A stretch of DNA of 64,000 nt from an uncultured Planctomycetota bacterium (GTDB lineage: Bacteria > Planctomycetota > PLA2 > JAEUHO01). The translations under genes and the position numbers were made by a program. Where the stretch lies: positions 960,001 to 1,024,000 of the forward strand of contig CAVVXN010000005.1 of the NCBI GenBank assembly GCA_963752285.1. The letters run 5' to 3'. Shown here piece after piece: positions 10,537 through 22,407 of this stretch (position 1 is its first letter; each line of letters begins with the position of its first letter). Below the pieces are notes generated by a model. The model was not told the origin of the DNA. It ran no database searches and saw nothing but the letters and a program-made list of their open reading frames with translations.

Positions 10537-13500
10537 ATGTCCCTCCAGGGCAGTCTCCGTCAGCTCGGCCTCGCCGACGTACTCCAGACCGCCCTGCAGG
10601 GTCGTCAGGGCAACCTGATCCTGCGGCGCGGGGCGACGCGCGCGGTCCTCCACGTCGCCACGGACCAGCTCCACCTCGTGGAGCCGGACCCCGTGGACCC
10701 CGACATCCTGCTCGAGGGCTTCGTACACCGCGGTCTCCTGCCGCGGCCGACCCTCGACGCGGAACGCGCGCGGGAACCGAACCCCGTCCTCCTCCTCGAC
10801 GCGCTCCTCGAGCGCGGGCTCGTCCCGTGGCACGACGTGGACGCCGTGCTCCGGGGCGCCGCGGAGGACGCCATCCTCGACCTGCTGACCTGGCAGGACG
10901 GCGAGTTCCGGTTCGAGGAGGGCGAGCCGCCTCCGGAACGCGCTGGGCTCGTGAGCCGGGTCGGCGTGGACATCGGGGGGATGCTGCTCCGCGCGGCGCA
11001 GCGTCTCGACGAGCACAACGCGATCGCCGAGGAGCTCGGCCTCGAGGCCCTGCTCTTCATCCCTCTCGACGCGCCGCCGCCCGTGGACTACGACGGCGAC
11101 CCCACGCCGACCGTGCACACGCTGCTCGACGGCCGGCGCGTCATCGACGAGGTCGCGATGCTCTGCGGCCTCACGCGGTTCGCCGTCCTACGCTCGGTGT
11201 TCGCGTGCGTGCGCGCCGGCGCCGCGCGCACCCCGACCCCGACGGAGCTCGCGCAGCAGGCGGAGTCGCGCGTCGAGGCCGGCCAGCTCAAGGTCGCGCG
11301 TGGCCTGCTGCTCCAGTGGGCCTCGCTCGCGCCGACGGACGAACAGCCCCTCCTCCGGCTCGCGGACCTCGCGAAGCGCCGCAAGAGCCCCGAGGAGCAG
11401 GCGGACGCCCTCCAGGCGTTGGGTCACCTCGTGTTGCGCGAGGGTCGCGCGTCCGAGGCGCAGAAGGTGTTCCGCGACCTCCTCCAGCTCCGCCCCGGCG
11501 ACGAGACCGCGCTGGCCTCGCTGCGCGCGGCGGCCGACAGCGCCGGCGACACGCAGCAGTACCGCCGCAGCACCCTCGAGCTCGCGCGCGCCGCGCTCGA
11601 CGCCGACGAGGCCGAGAAGGCGACCGAGCTCCTCGAGCCGCTCCTCCAGACGAGCGACGCGCCCGTGGCGGCCCGCGTGCTCCGGGCGCGCGCCTACGTC
11701 CGGCTGAAGGACCGCGACGCGGTCGTCCGGGAGGCGGAGGCCGCCGCCGACGCCCTGGGCACCCGCGCCCGCCGCAAGGAGGACAAGGAGGCTGCACGGT
11801 TCTTCCGCGACGCGATCGCGACCCTCGCGCCCGAACGGAGCGACCTGCTCCGCCGGTTCCGCAGCCTGACGGAGCGCGACCGCCAGCGCATGAAGCGCGT
11901 GGTCCTGCTCGGCTCCCTCCTCGCGATCGCCGCCACGGCGGGCATCGTGTTCCGCCCCGAGAGCGCCCCGCGCATGCTCAGCCGCATCGAGGCCGCGTGG
12001 GCCCAGGGACGCGCCGACGACGCCCAGCGGATCACCGCGCTGCTGGCCGACCGACACCCCGACTCGCCGGAGGCGGACCGCGCCTTCGAGCTCCAGCGGA
12101 AGTTCGTCGTCCACAAGACGCCCCAGATCGAGGACGTGCTCCCGCCCGGTGAGCGCGACGAGCTCGAGGGCTCCGTCCTCGCCGTTCAGAAGGCCATGCC
12201 CGACTTTCCCGACCTCACCTCGCGCCTCCGGCTCGGCACGCTCCACCAGATCCTGGAGCGCGCGGACGCCGCGGTGGTGCAGGACCGCACGCTGGACCGG
12301 CTGCAGACCGATCTGCTCCGGGCTCTCGACCGCGTCGAGCGCAACGTCCGGGCGCGCCGGGACGTCATCGCCCGCTCCTCCCTGCTGGCCACGAGCAGCG
12401 CGGTGGACGTCGAGATCCTCCGCACCTGGCTGCCGAAGGCCGAAGGGTTCATGAAGGACGGCTACTCGGACGACGTGGATGCCGGCCTCGAGATCCTGGC
12501 GAAGCTCGCGGCGATGCACGCCTCCGACCCGATCCAGTCCGCGCTGCGCGACCTCAGGAACTCGAACAAGCTGCTCGCCCAGTCCCTCGAGCAGTACGCG
12601 TCGGACATCCAGGCGTGCCGGCGCATGCTCACGCTGCGCGAGATCGAGGCGTCGTACGAGTATTGCCGCACGGACGCCGTCCGCCTGCTCACCAACGGGC
12701 AGCTCGACGACGCCGCGACCTGCTACGCCAGCCTCGAGGCGCTGCTCGCCAGGCTCGAGACCGACGAGGTCCTCCGGCCGCTCGTCACCGAGGTGACGAA
12801 GCGCCGGATCCCGCAGTTCCTGAAGGAGCGGCAGTCCGTCCTCGCCGAGATCCAGCGCGGCCTCGCCGGCGCGAAGGCGGCCGAGGATGCCGGCGACCTC
12901 CAGCGCGCGGTCGAGGCGTACAACGCCCTGGCCGAGAAGTTCTGGTTCGTGCGGTTCGAGAACGTCATCCGGCTCCCCGTCCAGATCCAGAGCGTGCCGA
13001 CCGCCGCCCACGTGTACCTGAACGGACGCGAGCAGGGCTCGACGCCCCTCGTCATGCGCTACCCCTGGGGCACCCAGAACACCGTGACGGTCGAGAAGCC
13101 CGGCTTCCGGCCCGAGACGCGCCTGCTCGGCACGAAGAAGGTGGACCCGTTCCCGATCCTCCTCGTGTCGATGCAGCCCATGCGGCGCTGGACCGTGCCC
13201 ATCTCTCCCACGGTCGGGACCTCCCCGGTCCCGCTCGGCGACGGTCTGGTCGTCTGCGAGAGGAGCGGCCGGCTGTCGATGCTCGACGGGCGCGACGGCC
13301 ACACGCTGTGGGCGCGCCAGGTGCGCAGCCTCGAGGGGACGCGGTACCGACCGGTCGTCACCCGGGACGAGATCCTCCTCCCGCTGCTCGACGGCACGCT
13401 GTACTTCCTCGAGTCGAAGGAAGGCCGCGTCGTCAGCCAGATCCAAACGGGCCGGCCGGCCGGGGACCCGACCGAGCTCGAAGACGTGGTGCTCCTGCCG

Positions 13501-14148
13501 ACCCTCGACGGGCGCCTCCTCGGGTTCCGGGGCGAGCGCAAGGCGTTCGAGGTGCCGTTCGGCGGTCGCCCCACGGCGGGGCTCGTGACCGCGCACGGCC
13601 GCGCGTGGGCCGGCCTCTCCGACGGAGCCGTGCTCCGCATCGACCGCCTCGGCGCCGCCGAGCGGATCCAGCTGCCGGGCCGCGACGCGGACGTCGTCGG
13701 CATCAGCGCGTACGACAAGGGGTTGCTCGTCGCGAAGGGCGACGGCGTCCTGGTCGCCCTCGACACGCAGGGCAAGGTCCTGTGGCACGCCGACAACCTC
13801 GGCGACCTCGCCGGTCAGCCGGCGCACGCCGGCGACGTGGCCGCCGTCGTGGACACCCGCGGTCGCGTCCTGCTCTTCTCGATCGACGCCGGGTCCGCGC
13901 GCGGCCAGGTCGATGCCGGCGGTCCCACGCAGGGCGGCCTGCTCGGGAGCGACGGGCTCCTCGTGACGCAGACGCAGGACGGCCGCCTGTGGATGTACGA
14001 CGTCCAGCGCGGGGTCGAGCGGGTGAACGTGCCGCTCAAGGGCGACACGCACTTCCCGCCGGTCCTGCTCTCGCCCCGCCTCCTCGCGGCGTCGGTCGAG
14101 GGCGAGCAGATCACGATCCTCGAGCTGCCCCCGGCGCCCCAGGACTGA
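10537..14148 (+). CDS. DUF4388/PatA-N - TPR - TM - PEGA - PQQ-like (BamB-type) beta-propeller protein
   Basis: N-term MSLQGSLRQLGLADVLQ...DLLTWQDGEFRFEEG (DUF4388-like), TPR-like helices, TM VVLLGSLLAIAATAGIVF, PEGA-like SVPTAAHVYLNGREQGSTP...EKPGF, repeated propeller blades (LDGRDGHTLW, LDTQGKVLW). Confidence 0.82.
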   Translation: MSLQGSLRQLGLADVLQTALQGRQGNLILRRGATRAVLHVATDQLHLVEPDPVDPDILLEGFVHRGLLPRPTLDAERAREPNPVLLLDALLERGLVPWHDVDAVLRGAAEDAILDLLTWQDGEFRFEEGEPPPERAGLVSRVGVDIGGMLLRAAQRLDEHNAIAEELGLEALLFIPLDAPPPVDYDGDPTPTVHTLLDGRRVIDEVAMLCGLTRFAVLRSVFACVRAGAARTPTPTELAQQAESRVEAGQLKVARGLLLQWASLAPTDEQPLLRLADLAKRRKSPEEQADALQALGHLVLREGRASEAQKVFRDLLQLRPGDETALASLRAAADSAGDTQQYRRSTLELARAALDADEAEKATELLEPLLQTSDAPVAARVLRARAYVRLKDRDAVVREAEAAADALGTRARRKEDKEAARFFRDAIATLAPERSDLLRRFRSLTERDRQRMKRVVLLGSLLAIAATAGIVFRPESAPRMLSRIEAAWAQGRADDAQRITALLADRHPDSPEADRAFELQRKFVVHKTPQIEDVLPPGERDELEGSVLAVQKAMPDFPDLTSRLRLGTLHQILERADAAVVQDRTLDRLQTDLLRALDRVERNVRARRDVIARSSLLATSSAVDVEILRTWLPKAEGFMKDGYSDDVDAGLEILAKLAAMHASDPIQSALRDLRNSNKLLAQSLEQYASDIQACRRMLTLREIEASYEYCRTDAVRLLTNGQLDDAATCYASLEALLARLETDEVLRPLVTEVTKRRIPQFLKERQSVLAEIQRGLAGAKAAEDAGDLQRAVEAYNALAEKFWFVRFENVIRLPVQIQSVPTAAHVYLNGREQGSTPLVMRYPWGTQNTVTVEKPGFRPETRLLGTKKVDPFPILLVSMQPMRRWTVPISPTVGTSPVPLGDGLVVCERSGRLSMLDGRDGHTLWARQVRSLEGTRYRPVVTRDEILLPLLDGTLYFLESKEGRVVSQIQTGRPAGDPTELEDVVLLPTLDGRLLGFRGERKAFEVPFGGRPTAGLVTAHGRAWAGLSDGAVLRIDRLGAAERIQLPGRDADVVGISAYDKGLLVAKGDGVLVALDTQGKVLWHADNLGDLAGQPAHAGDVAAVVDTRGRVLLFSIDAGSARGQVDAGGPTQGGLLGSDGLLVTQTQDGRLWMYDVQRGVERVNVPLKGDTHFPPVLLSPRLLAASVEGEQITILELPPAPQD

Positions 14149-14153
14149 GAGGA

Positions 14154-14183
14154 CCCGTCGGCCCCACCTCGGTCGCCGACGGG
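14154..14183 (+). terminator. GC-rich stem-loop after the DUF4388 gene (no U-tract)
   Basis: CCCGTCGGC-12nt-GCCGACGGG perfect 9-bp inverted repeat just after the stop codon. Confidence 0.35.
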
Positions 14184-14242
14184 CCGGGGTCGCGCCGGCG
14201 CGATCTCGCTCGACCCGCGTGCGGCGGCTACCCTGCGCCGCC

Positions 14243-15907
<1,665 letters not shown>

Positions 15908-16011
15908 CGGCTCCGCGACGGACGCGCGCGGACGGCGACGGCGAGCGTCCGACCTGTCCATCCGTGGCAATCTGGGGGAACATACGACCCTCGCCGCCAC
16001 GGAGACCCCGC

Positions 16012-17487
16012 ATGACCCAGGTGGACCTCGGCGCCCGCATCCCCAACAACGTGGGCTTGAAGGACGACCGCCGACTCCAGCGCGCGCTGGAGGCCTGGCA
16101 GCCGGGCTTCCTCTCGTGGTGGAAGGAGATGGGCCCCGAGGGGTTCCAGGCCGACCAGGTCTACCTCCGCACGGCGATCGACGTGGGCCGCGACGGCTGG
16201 GCCCACTTCGGGTACGTGAAGATGCCCGAGTACCGCTGGGGCATCTTCCTCGCCGACGCCGTGGAGGACCGGCGGATCCCGTGCGGCGACCTCTCCGGCC
16301 AGCCGGCGTGGCAGCAGGTGCCCGGCGAGCACCGGAACGCGCTCCGCCGGATCATCGTCACACAGGGCGACACGGAGCCCGCCAGCGTGGAGCAGCAGCG
16401 GCTGCTCGGCCGGACCGCGCCCAGCCTGTACGACCTGCGGAACCTGTTCCAGGTGAACGTCGAGGAAGGGCGCCACCTGTGGGCCATGGTCTACCTCCTC
16501 CACACGTACTTCGGCCGCGACGGACGCGAGGAGGCGGAGGACATGCTGCGCCGTCGCTCGGGCGACGCCGACTCGCCGCGCATCCTCGGGACGTTCAACG
16601 AGCCGATCGAGGACTGGCTCTCCTTCTTCATGTTCACGACGTTCACCGACCGCGACGGCAAGTGGCAGCTCCTCGCGCTGGCCGAGTCGGGGTTCGACGC
16701 CCTCTCCCGGACGACGCGCTTCATGCTCACGGAGGAGGCGCACCACATGTTCGTCGGCGAGACCGGCGTCGGGCGCGTGCTCCAGCGCACGGTAGACGTC
16801 ATGAACGAGCTCGGAACGGACGAGCCGGACCGCGTCCGCGCGCACGGCGCCGTGGACCTCCCGACGATCCAGCGGTACCTGAACCGCTGGTTCTCGTCGT
16901 CCGTGGACCTCTTCGGCGGCGAGCGCTCGTCGAACGCGGCGTCGTACTTCGCCGCGGGGCTGAAGGGGCGCTGGAAGGAGGAGACGCGCTTCGAGGACCA
17001 CCGGGCACTCGAGGGCGCGTACGCGTTGCCGGTGCTCGCGAGCGGCCGGATCACCAACGAGGAGGTCCCGCTCCGAAACGCCATGAACGAGATCCTGCGG
17101 GACGACTACGTGGACGACTGCGGCTTCGTCGTCGGTCGCTGGAACAAGGTCCTCGAGCGGGCGGGCCGGAGCGAGCGACTGACGCTCCCGAGCCGGCGCT
17201 TCCACCGGCTGGTGGGCATCTACGCCGGCGAGACGTTCGATCCCGAAGGGAACCCGGTCACGCCCGAGGCCTTCGCGGCGGGCCGGGACCGATGGCTCCC
17301 GAGCGACGCGGACCGCGCGTTCGTGCGCGGGCTCATGACGCCGGTCCTCGAGGCGGGGCACATCGCCTCCTGGATCGCCCCACCGCCGAAGGGCATCGAC
17401 GGCCACCCGTTCGAGTGGGCGTACGTGCGGTTCGACCGGTCGAGCGCCGGCGTCGCGCTCGGGGCCACCCCTTCGCCGACCTCCTGA
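16012..17487 (+). CDS. boxB: benzoyl-CoA 2,3-epoxidase subunit BoxB (diiron)
   Basis: IPNNVGL, YVKMPEYRWGIF, QGDTEPASVEQQR, NVEEGRH and EEAHH diiron ExxH motifs; GGAG RBS before ATG 16012. Confidence 0.96.
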   Translation: MTQVDLGARIPNNVGLKDDRRLQRALEAWQPGFLSWWKEMGPEGFQADQVYLRTAIDVGRDGWAHFGYVKMPEYRWGIFLADAVEDRRIPCGDLSGQPAWQQVPGEHRNALRRIIVTQGDTEPASVEQQRLLGRTAPSLYDLRNLFQVNVEEGRHLWAMVYLLHTYFGRDGREEAEDMLRRRSGDADSPRILGTFNEPIEDWLSFFMFTTFTDRDGKWQLLALAESGFDALSRTTRFMLTEEAHHMFVGETGVGRVLQRTVDVMNELGTDEPDRVRAHGAVDLPTIQRYLNRWFSSSVDLFGGERSSNAASYFAAGLKGRWKEETRFEDHRALEGAYALPVLASGRITNEEVPLRNAMNEILRDDYVDDCGFVVGRWNKVLERAGRSERLTLPSRRFHRLVGIYAGETFDPEGNPVTPEAFAAGRDRWLPSDADRAFVRGLMTPVLEAGHIASWIAPPPKGIDGHPFEWAYVRFDRSSAGVALGATPSPTS

Positions 17488-17524
17488 CGCACGCGCGCCC
17501 GCGCCGCGGGATGCCGTCCCTCGA

Positions 17525-17893
17525 TCAGGACGTCGGCCGTCCGGTCGCGTCCACGCCGGGCCTCGTCGAGGGGCAGTGCCCGCGCAGCCACTCGAAGGTG
17601 TAGATGCCCGTCGCGTGGCCGTCCGAGAGCTCGAACCGGAGCGCGTACGCCCCCACCGCGCTCGCGCCGCGGACCTGGACGCCCTCCACCTGCGACCACG
17701 CCGGCGGCTCCACCTCGCCCGGGGCGTGGCCGCGGCATCCCGCGCACGGGCAGACGAGCCTCAGGTACGCGCCGTCGTAGCGGCTCACGTGCCCGTCCTG
17801 CCACCGGATCTCGAGGAGGCTCCGCGCCGGGTCGAGCCGGATCGCGGTGGGCTGGCTCGCGGCCGCGTCGCGCTTCGGCTCGCTCGCATCCAT
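17525..17893 (-). CDS. DUF971 / GBBH-like N-terminal domain protein
   Basis: LEIRWQDGH, LRLVCPCAGCRG, VGAYALRFELSDGHATGIYTFEWLR. Confidence 0.88.
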   Translation of the reverse strand: MDASEPKRDAAASQPTAIRLDPARSLLEIRWQDGHVSRYDGAYLRLVCPCAGCRGHAPGEVEPPAWSQVEGVQVRGASAVGAYALRFELSDGHATGIYTFEWLRGHCPSTRPGVDATGRPTS

Positions 17894-17936
17894 GCTCGGC
17901 TCCGGACGGGGCGGGCGATCAGAGTACCTTCCTCCG

Positions 17937-19424
17937 GTGGCGCCCCCTCCCATCGTCCCCGTGCCGCTGCCCGAGGCGCGCTGGCCGTCCCGGGACGAGG
18001 CGCGCGCGTCGCGCCTGTACTCGCCGGTGCGGCTGGGCCCTCTGCCCGTCGCGACGCGCACGTGGGTTCCCGCGATGGTCCCGTGGCGCGCAACGGAAGA
18101 GGGGTACGTCACCGAGCGAAACCTCGCGTGGTACGAACGGTTCGCCGCGGGCCGCCCCGGCGTGTTGGTCGCGGAGGCCACCGGCATCCGCGACGTCGCG
18201 AGCGGTCCCCTGCTCCGGGTGAGCCACGATCGCTTCCTCCCGGGCCTCCGCGACCTGGTCGGGGTCGTGCGCCGGGCGAGCGCCGGCGAGACACGGTTCC
18301 TGCTCCAGGTCATCGACTTCCTCCAGGTCCGCCGGCGGCCCCCGCCGGAGCGGTTCTTCGGGCGGTACCTGCGGGTGACCGACGCCCACCGGGGACGGAT
18401 CGCGGAGCGGACCGCCGACGAGGCCTGGCGCGACGCCCCCGAGGACGCGGTCCGCGCCTGGCTGCTCGCCGCGGCGGACCCGGAGCGCGATGCGGTCCTC
18501 ACGCCCCGCGAGCGGGAGTCGCTCCGCTTCGGGTACCGCGAGCGCGTGACCGACGTGGACCTCGCCCACGTCCGCGATCTCCCCCGTACGCTCCCGGGAC
18601 GCTTCGCGGACGCCGCGGAGCGCGCGCTCTCGGCCGGCTTCGACGGCGTCGAGCTCCACTTCGCACACGCGTACACCATGGCCTCGTTCCTGAGCCGCAC
18701 GAACACGAGGCGCGACGGGTACGGAACCGACCGCGCGGGGCGCGTCCGACTGGCGCTCGAGGTGATCGCCGCGGTCCGCGCGCGCGTGGGACCGGGCGCG
18801 TGCGTGGGGACGCGATTCCTCGGCGACGACGTGGTCGAGGGCGGATCGCGCATCGACGACGCGTGCGCGTTCGCCGTGCGCTTCGCCGACGCGGGCCTCG
18901 ACTTCCTCTCCGTCTCGAAGGGCGGGCGCTTCGAGGACGCCAAGCAGCCGCGCGTCGGCGAGGCGGTCTACCCGTACACGGGCCCGAGCGGCGCGGAGTG
19001 CATGCCCACCGTCCGCATCGACGCGCGCGGTCCCTTCGGACGAAACGTGCACCTCGCGTCGCGCATCCGCGAGGCCGTGCGCCAGGCCGGGTTCTCGACG
19101 CCCGTCGTCGCGGCGGGCGGCGTCGCGACCTTCCGGCAGGCGGAGGCGATCCTCCGCGACGGCCACGCGGACCTCGTCGCGGCCGCGCGGCAGTCGCTCG
19201 CCGACCCCGACTGGTGGCTGAAGGTGCGCGAGGGGCGGGGCGACGAGGTCCGCCGGTGCGTGTTCACGAACTACTGCGAGGGCCTCGACCAACGGCACCG
19301 CGAGGTGACCTGCAAGCTCTGGGACAAGGTCTTCCTCCCCGGCGAGGAGGAGGTCCCGCGCGCCGCGGACGGTCGCCGACGGCTGCTCCCGCCGCCCTGG
19401 CCGCGTCAGCGCGGCCAGATGTAG
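17937..19424 (+). CDS. NADH:flavin oxidoreductase (old yellow enzyme family) with C-terminal Cys motif; start approximate
   Basis: PAMVPWRA, AGFDGVELHFAHAYTMASFLS, RRDGYG, VAAGG, ARQSLADPDW, C-terminal CVFTNYCEGLDQRHREVTC. Confidence 0.9.
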   Translation: MAPPPIVPVPLPEARWPSRDEARASRLYSPVRLGPLPVATRTWVPAMVPWRATEEGYVTERNLAWYERFAAGRPGVLVAEATGIRDVASGPLLRVSHDRFLPGLRDLVGVVRRASAGETRFLLQVIDFLQVRRRPPPERFFGRYLRVTDAHRGRIAERTADEAWRDAPEDAVRAWLLAAADPERDAVLTPRERESLRFGYRERVTDVDLAHVRDLPRTLPGRFADAAERALSAGFDGVELHFAHAYTMASFLSRTNTRRDGYGTDRAGRVRLALEVIAAVRARVGPGACVGTRFLGDDVVEGGSRIDDACAFAVRFADAGLDFLSVSKGGRFEDAKQPRVGEAVYPYTGPSGAECMPTVRIDARGPFGRNVHLASRIREAVRQAGFSTPVVAAGGVATFRQAEAILRDGHADLVAAARQSLADPDWWLKVREGRGDEVRRCVFTNYCEGLDQRHREVTCKLWDKVFLPGEEEVPRAADGRRRLLPPPWPRQRGQM

Positions 19425-21094
19425 ACGGGCGCGGCCGTGAGCGGGAGGGAGAGGATCCCGTCCGGCGCCTCGCGGGGGGTCACGACGGGCGCTTCCGCGC
19501 TCGTCTGGACCGGCTCGGTCGCGTACGTGCCCGGCGGGACGTGGACGACGACGTCCACCGGCGGGAGCGCGCGGACCGGGTCGCCCGCCCACGTCGCGCG
19601 GTCCGGGTCGAGGAACACGAGCCCGACCCACGCGGGGTGGTCGGGGCCGCCGGGCGTGACGCGGACGGCCTCGGCGTCGCCCGACGCCTCGAGGCGCGCG
19701 GGGTCGCCCGCCACCCCGAGCCGCGCCCGCGCCTGCGCGAGCGCGTAGAAGGGCGCGCGCGGCGTCCCGTCCCCGTGCACGAACACGGCGAGCGTCTCCG
19801 TGTCGTCCCGACCGCCCTCGACGGCCGCGCCGAGCACGACGCGGTCGGCGCCGGCGAGGCGCGCCGTCACGAGCGCGCGGGCCACGTCGTAGGCCCGCCC
19901 GCGCCCGAGCCAACGGCGCGCGGCGTCGTGGTCGGCGTGCCCCGCCTGGCGGGCGGTCGCGAGCCAGCGCGCGCGGCGGCGGGTCTCGTCGGGACCGGGG
20001 CCGGAGAGGACGGAGCCCGGCGGAGGTCCCTCCACCAGCGCAGCGGGGGTCGGCGCGAGCCAGAGCTCGGTCTCTTCCCGGCCACCGAGGTCGAGGAACG
20101 AGCGCACGGCCGCGAGGTCCAGGGCGAGCTCCGCGAGACGGCGCGGGGCGCGGACCTGGACGACGTCGTACACGTGCGACAGGACGAGGCTCTCGAGCGA
20201 GAACGAGAGGCGGCGCGCCGCGAGGAACCGCGTCGGCGCGGGCTGGTCGGCGACGCTTTGGCGCGCCTCCGCGAGGAACGCGTCCACCTCGCGCGCGGGG
20301 ATCCGGCCCAGGCCGCCGAGGTCCACCCCGCCGTGCACGACCCGGGCGCCCGTCCACGCGCGGCGTGCGCCGATCTCCGCGTGGTGGAGCAGCCGTACGT
20401 AGTCGGCCATCTCTCCGGTGAAGCGCGCGGGCGACGTCGGTCCGTCGAGGACGGCGTACCAGCGGACGGGGCCCGCGAGCCCCTCCAGGTCGTCCTGGCC
20501 GTCGTCGTCGTAGCGCTCGACGACCGCCGCGACGAAGTCCTCCCACGCCTGCCAGAGCCCGGGCGAGGGGGGGCGGGGTCCCGAGCCGTCGGACACCGCG
20601 GGCCCGGCGTCCGACGCGCCGAGGGCGTCCACGGCCGCGTGCGCGAACGGCGAGAGCGGGTCGTCGGGGGGGTCCCACGGCCGCGCGCAGTCGAGGACGA
20701 GGACGAGCTCGAGCCCCGCCCGCTGGGCCCGAAGGACCGCCGAATCCAGGTCCGACCAGTCGTGCAGCTGGGTGCCGTTCGCGAACGGCCGTCGGGGCAC
20801 GAGGCGTCCCCACGAGACCGGGCGGGTCCGCGCGAGGAGCGGCCCGACCCCTCGGAAGGGGGCGAGGCGCGTCTCCAGGTCGGGCGCGTCCACCTGGACG
20901 TCGTCCACGCCGAACCAGGGCCCGCCCTCGACCCGGCCGGGACGCGGCGGCCGCTCCTCCCCGCCCGCCCGGCTCGTCCCCGGAGCCGCGACGCCGAGGA
21001 GCAGGACCGCGAAGAGGACGCCGGCGCCCCGGGGCGCCCCCCCACGCCCGACGCGGGGGGCGGACGGGCGGGAAGGGGCGGCGCGCCGAGGCAT
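19406..21094 (-). CDS. secreted GH-A-fold (GH39/GH5-like) protein, catalytic residues apparently degenerate
   Basis: Signal peptide (VLFAVLLLGVAAPG), DWSDLDSAVLRAQRAGLELVLVL, WEDFVAAVVERYDDDGQDD, ADYVRLL, RAPFYAL resemble GH-A TIM-barrel segments. Confidence 0.6.
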   Translation of the reverse strand: MPRRAAPSRPSAPRVGRGGAPRGAGVLFAVLLLGVAAPGTSRAGGEERPPRPGRVEGGPWFGVDDVQVDAPDLETRLAPFRGVGPLLARTRPVSWGRLVPRRPFANGTQLHDWSDLDSAVLRAQRAGLELVLVLDCARPWDPPDDPLSPFAHAAVDALGASDAGPAVSDGSGPRPPSPGLWQAWEDFVAAVVERYDDDGQDDLEGLAGPVRWYAVLDGPTSPARFTGEMADYVRLLHHAEIGARRAWTGARVVHGGVDLGGLGRIPAREVDAFLAEARQSVADQPAPTRFLAARRLSFSLESLVLSHVYDVVQVRAPRRLAELALDLAAVRSFLDLGGREETELWLAPTPAALVEGPPPGSVLSGPGPDETRRRARWLATARQAGHADHDAARRWLGRGRAYDVARALVTARLAGADRVVLGAAVEGGRDDTETLAVFVHGDGTPRAPFYALAQARARLGVAGDPARLEASGDAEAVRVTPGGPDHPAWVGLVFLDPDRATWAGDPVRALPPVDVVVHVPPGTYATEPVQTSAEAPVVTPREAPDGILSLPLTAAPVYIWPR

Positions 21095-21132
21095 GGTCTC
21101 GGATCGTACCCGCCCGCGACCCGCCTTCGCGT

Positions 21133-22359
21133 ATGCTCGCCGCCGTGACGGGAAGCCGGCGACGAGGGTTCCGCGGCGTCCTCGGGTCGGAATCCCTCCG
21201 GATCTACGGGGACAACGCGCTTCGCCTCGCGGCGCTCCTCCTGCTCGTGGGGCCACGGCACACCGAGGCGGCCCAGCAGCAGGCGACGACCGGCGCGACG
21301 CTCGCGTACGCGGTGCCCTGGATCCTGCTCTCGGTCTTCGCGGGTCTCCTCGCCGACCGCTGGAGCAAGGGCGACGTGTTGCGGGGCCTCAAGCTCGCGG
21401 AGGCGGGCGTCATGGTCCTGGCCGCCGTGGCGCTCCAGTTCGCGGAGCCCGTCGCCCTGTACGCGGTGGTGACCCTGGTGGGGACGACCAGCGCGCTCGC
21501 GAGCCCCGCCAAGTTCGGCGCGCTCCCCGAGCTCCTGCCGCCCGAGGCGCTCGCGCGCGGGAACGGGGTCCTCCTCCTCTTCACCTACGTCGCGATGATC
21601 CTCGGAACGGCGTCGGGCGGGGTCTTCCTCGACGTCTTCGAGGGCCGACGCTGGGTGATCGGCGCGCTCCTCGCGCTGCTCGCCCTGGTCGGCTGGCGCT
21701 TCGCGCGGAGCATCCCGCTCGTTCCCGCGGCCGGCGTGGAGGGCGGCTTCGGCGAGACCGTGCGCGCCGGCCTCGGCGCGATCCGGCACAACGCGCGGCT
21801 CCGTCTCGGGCTCCTCGGGAACGTCTGGTACTGGGCGCTCGCGACGCTCGTCCTCCAGGACCTGATCGTGTACGCGAAGAGCGCGCTGGACCTCGGCTCG
21901 AACGGCGTCACGAGCGGGCTCGTCGCCGTCCTCGCGCTGGGCGTGGGCGCGGGCGGTCTCCTCGCGGGTCTCGCGAGCCGGGGACGGACGCGCCTCGGCC
22001 AGATCCCGCTGGGCGGGCTCGTCATGACGGCGGCCTCGCTCGGCCTCGGTCTGGTCCACCCGGCGCTCGGGTCCTCCCTCCTCCTCCTCGTGGTCCTCGG
22101 CCTCGGCGCCGGCGTCTTCTCGGTCCCGATCGCCGCCCTGATCCAGGCCGAAGCCCCCGCCGCCGCGCGCGGCGCGGTGCTCGCCATGATGAACCTGATC
22201 ATCTTCGCCGGCATCGGCCTCGGGAGCGTCGCCGCCTGGGGCCTCGCCGAGTCGGGGCTCGCGAGCACCGACATCTTCCTCGTGACGGCGGCCGTGACCG
22301 GCCTCGGCTCGGCGTTCGCGGCGCTGCGCGGTCCCCGGCTCCTCCGGCGGGTCCTCTGA
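21133..22359 (+). CDS. MFS transporter, LplT/Aas-associated type
   Basis: Multiple hydrophobic helices; DNALR, PWILLSVFAGLLADRWSK, SPAKFGALPELL, ARGNG, VPIAALIQ. Confidence 0.85.
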   Translation: MLAAVTGSRRRGFRGVLGSESLRIYGDNALRLAALLLLVGPRHTEAAQQQATTGATLAYAVPWILLSVFAGLLADRWSKGDVLRGLKLAEAGVMVLAAVALQFAEPVALYAVVTLVGTTSALASPAKFGALPELLPPEALARGNGVLLLFTYVAMILGTASGGVFLDVFEGRRWVIGALLALLALVGWRFARSIPLVPAAGVEGGFGETVRAGLGAIRHNARLRLGLLGNVWYWALATLVLQDLIVYAKSALDLGSNGVTSGLVAVLALGVGAGGLLAGLASRGRTRLGQIPLGGLVMTAASLGLGLVHPALGSSLLLLVVLGLGAGVFSVPIAALIQAEAPAAARGAVLAMMNLIIFAGIGLGSVAAWGLAESGLASTDIFLVTAAVTGLGSAFAALRGPRLLRRVL

Positions 22360-22407
22360 TGCCCCCGGGTGGCGCGGACCGTCCCCCCGGTCGGAGAAGA
22401 TCGAGGC

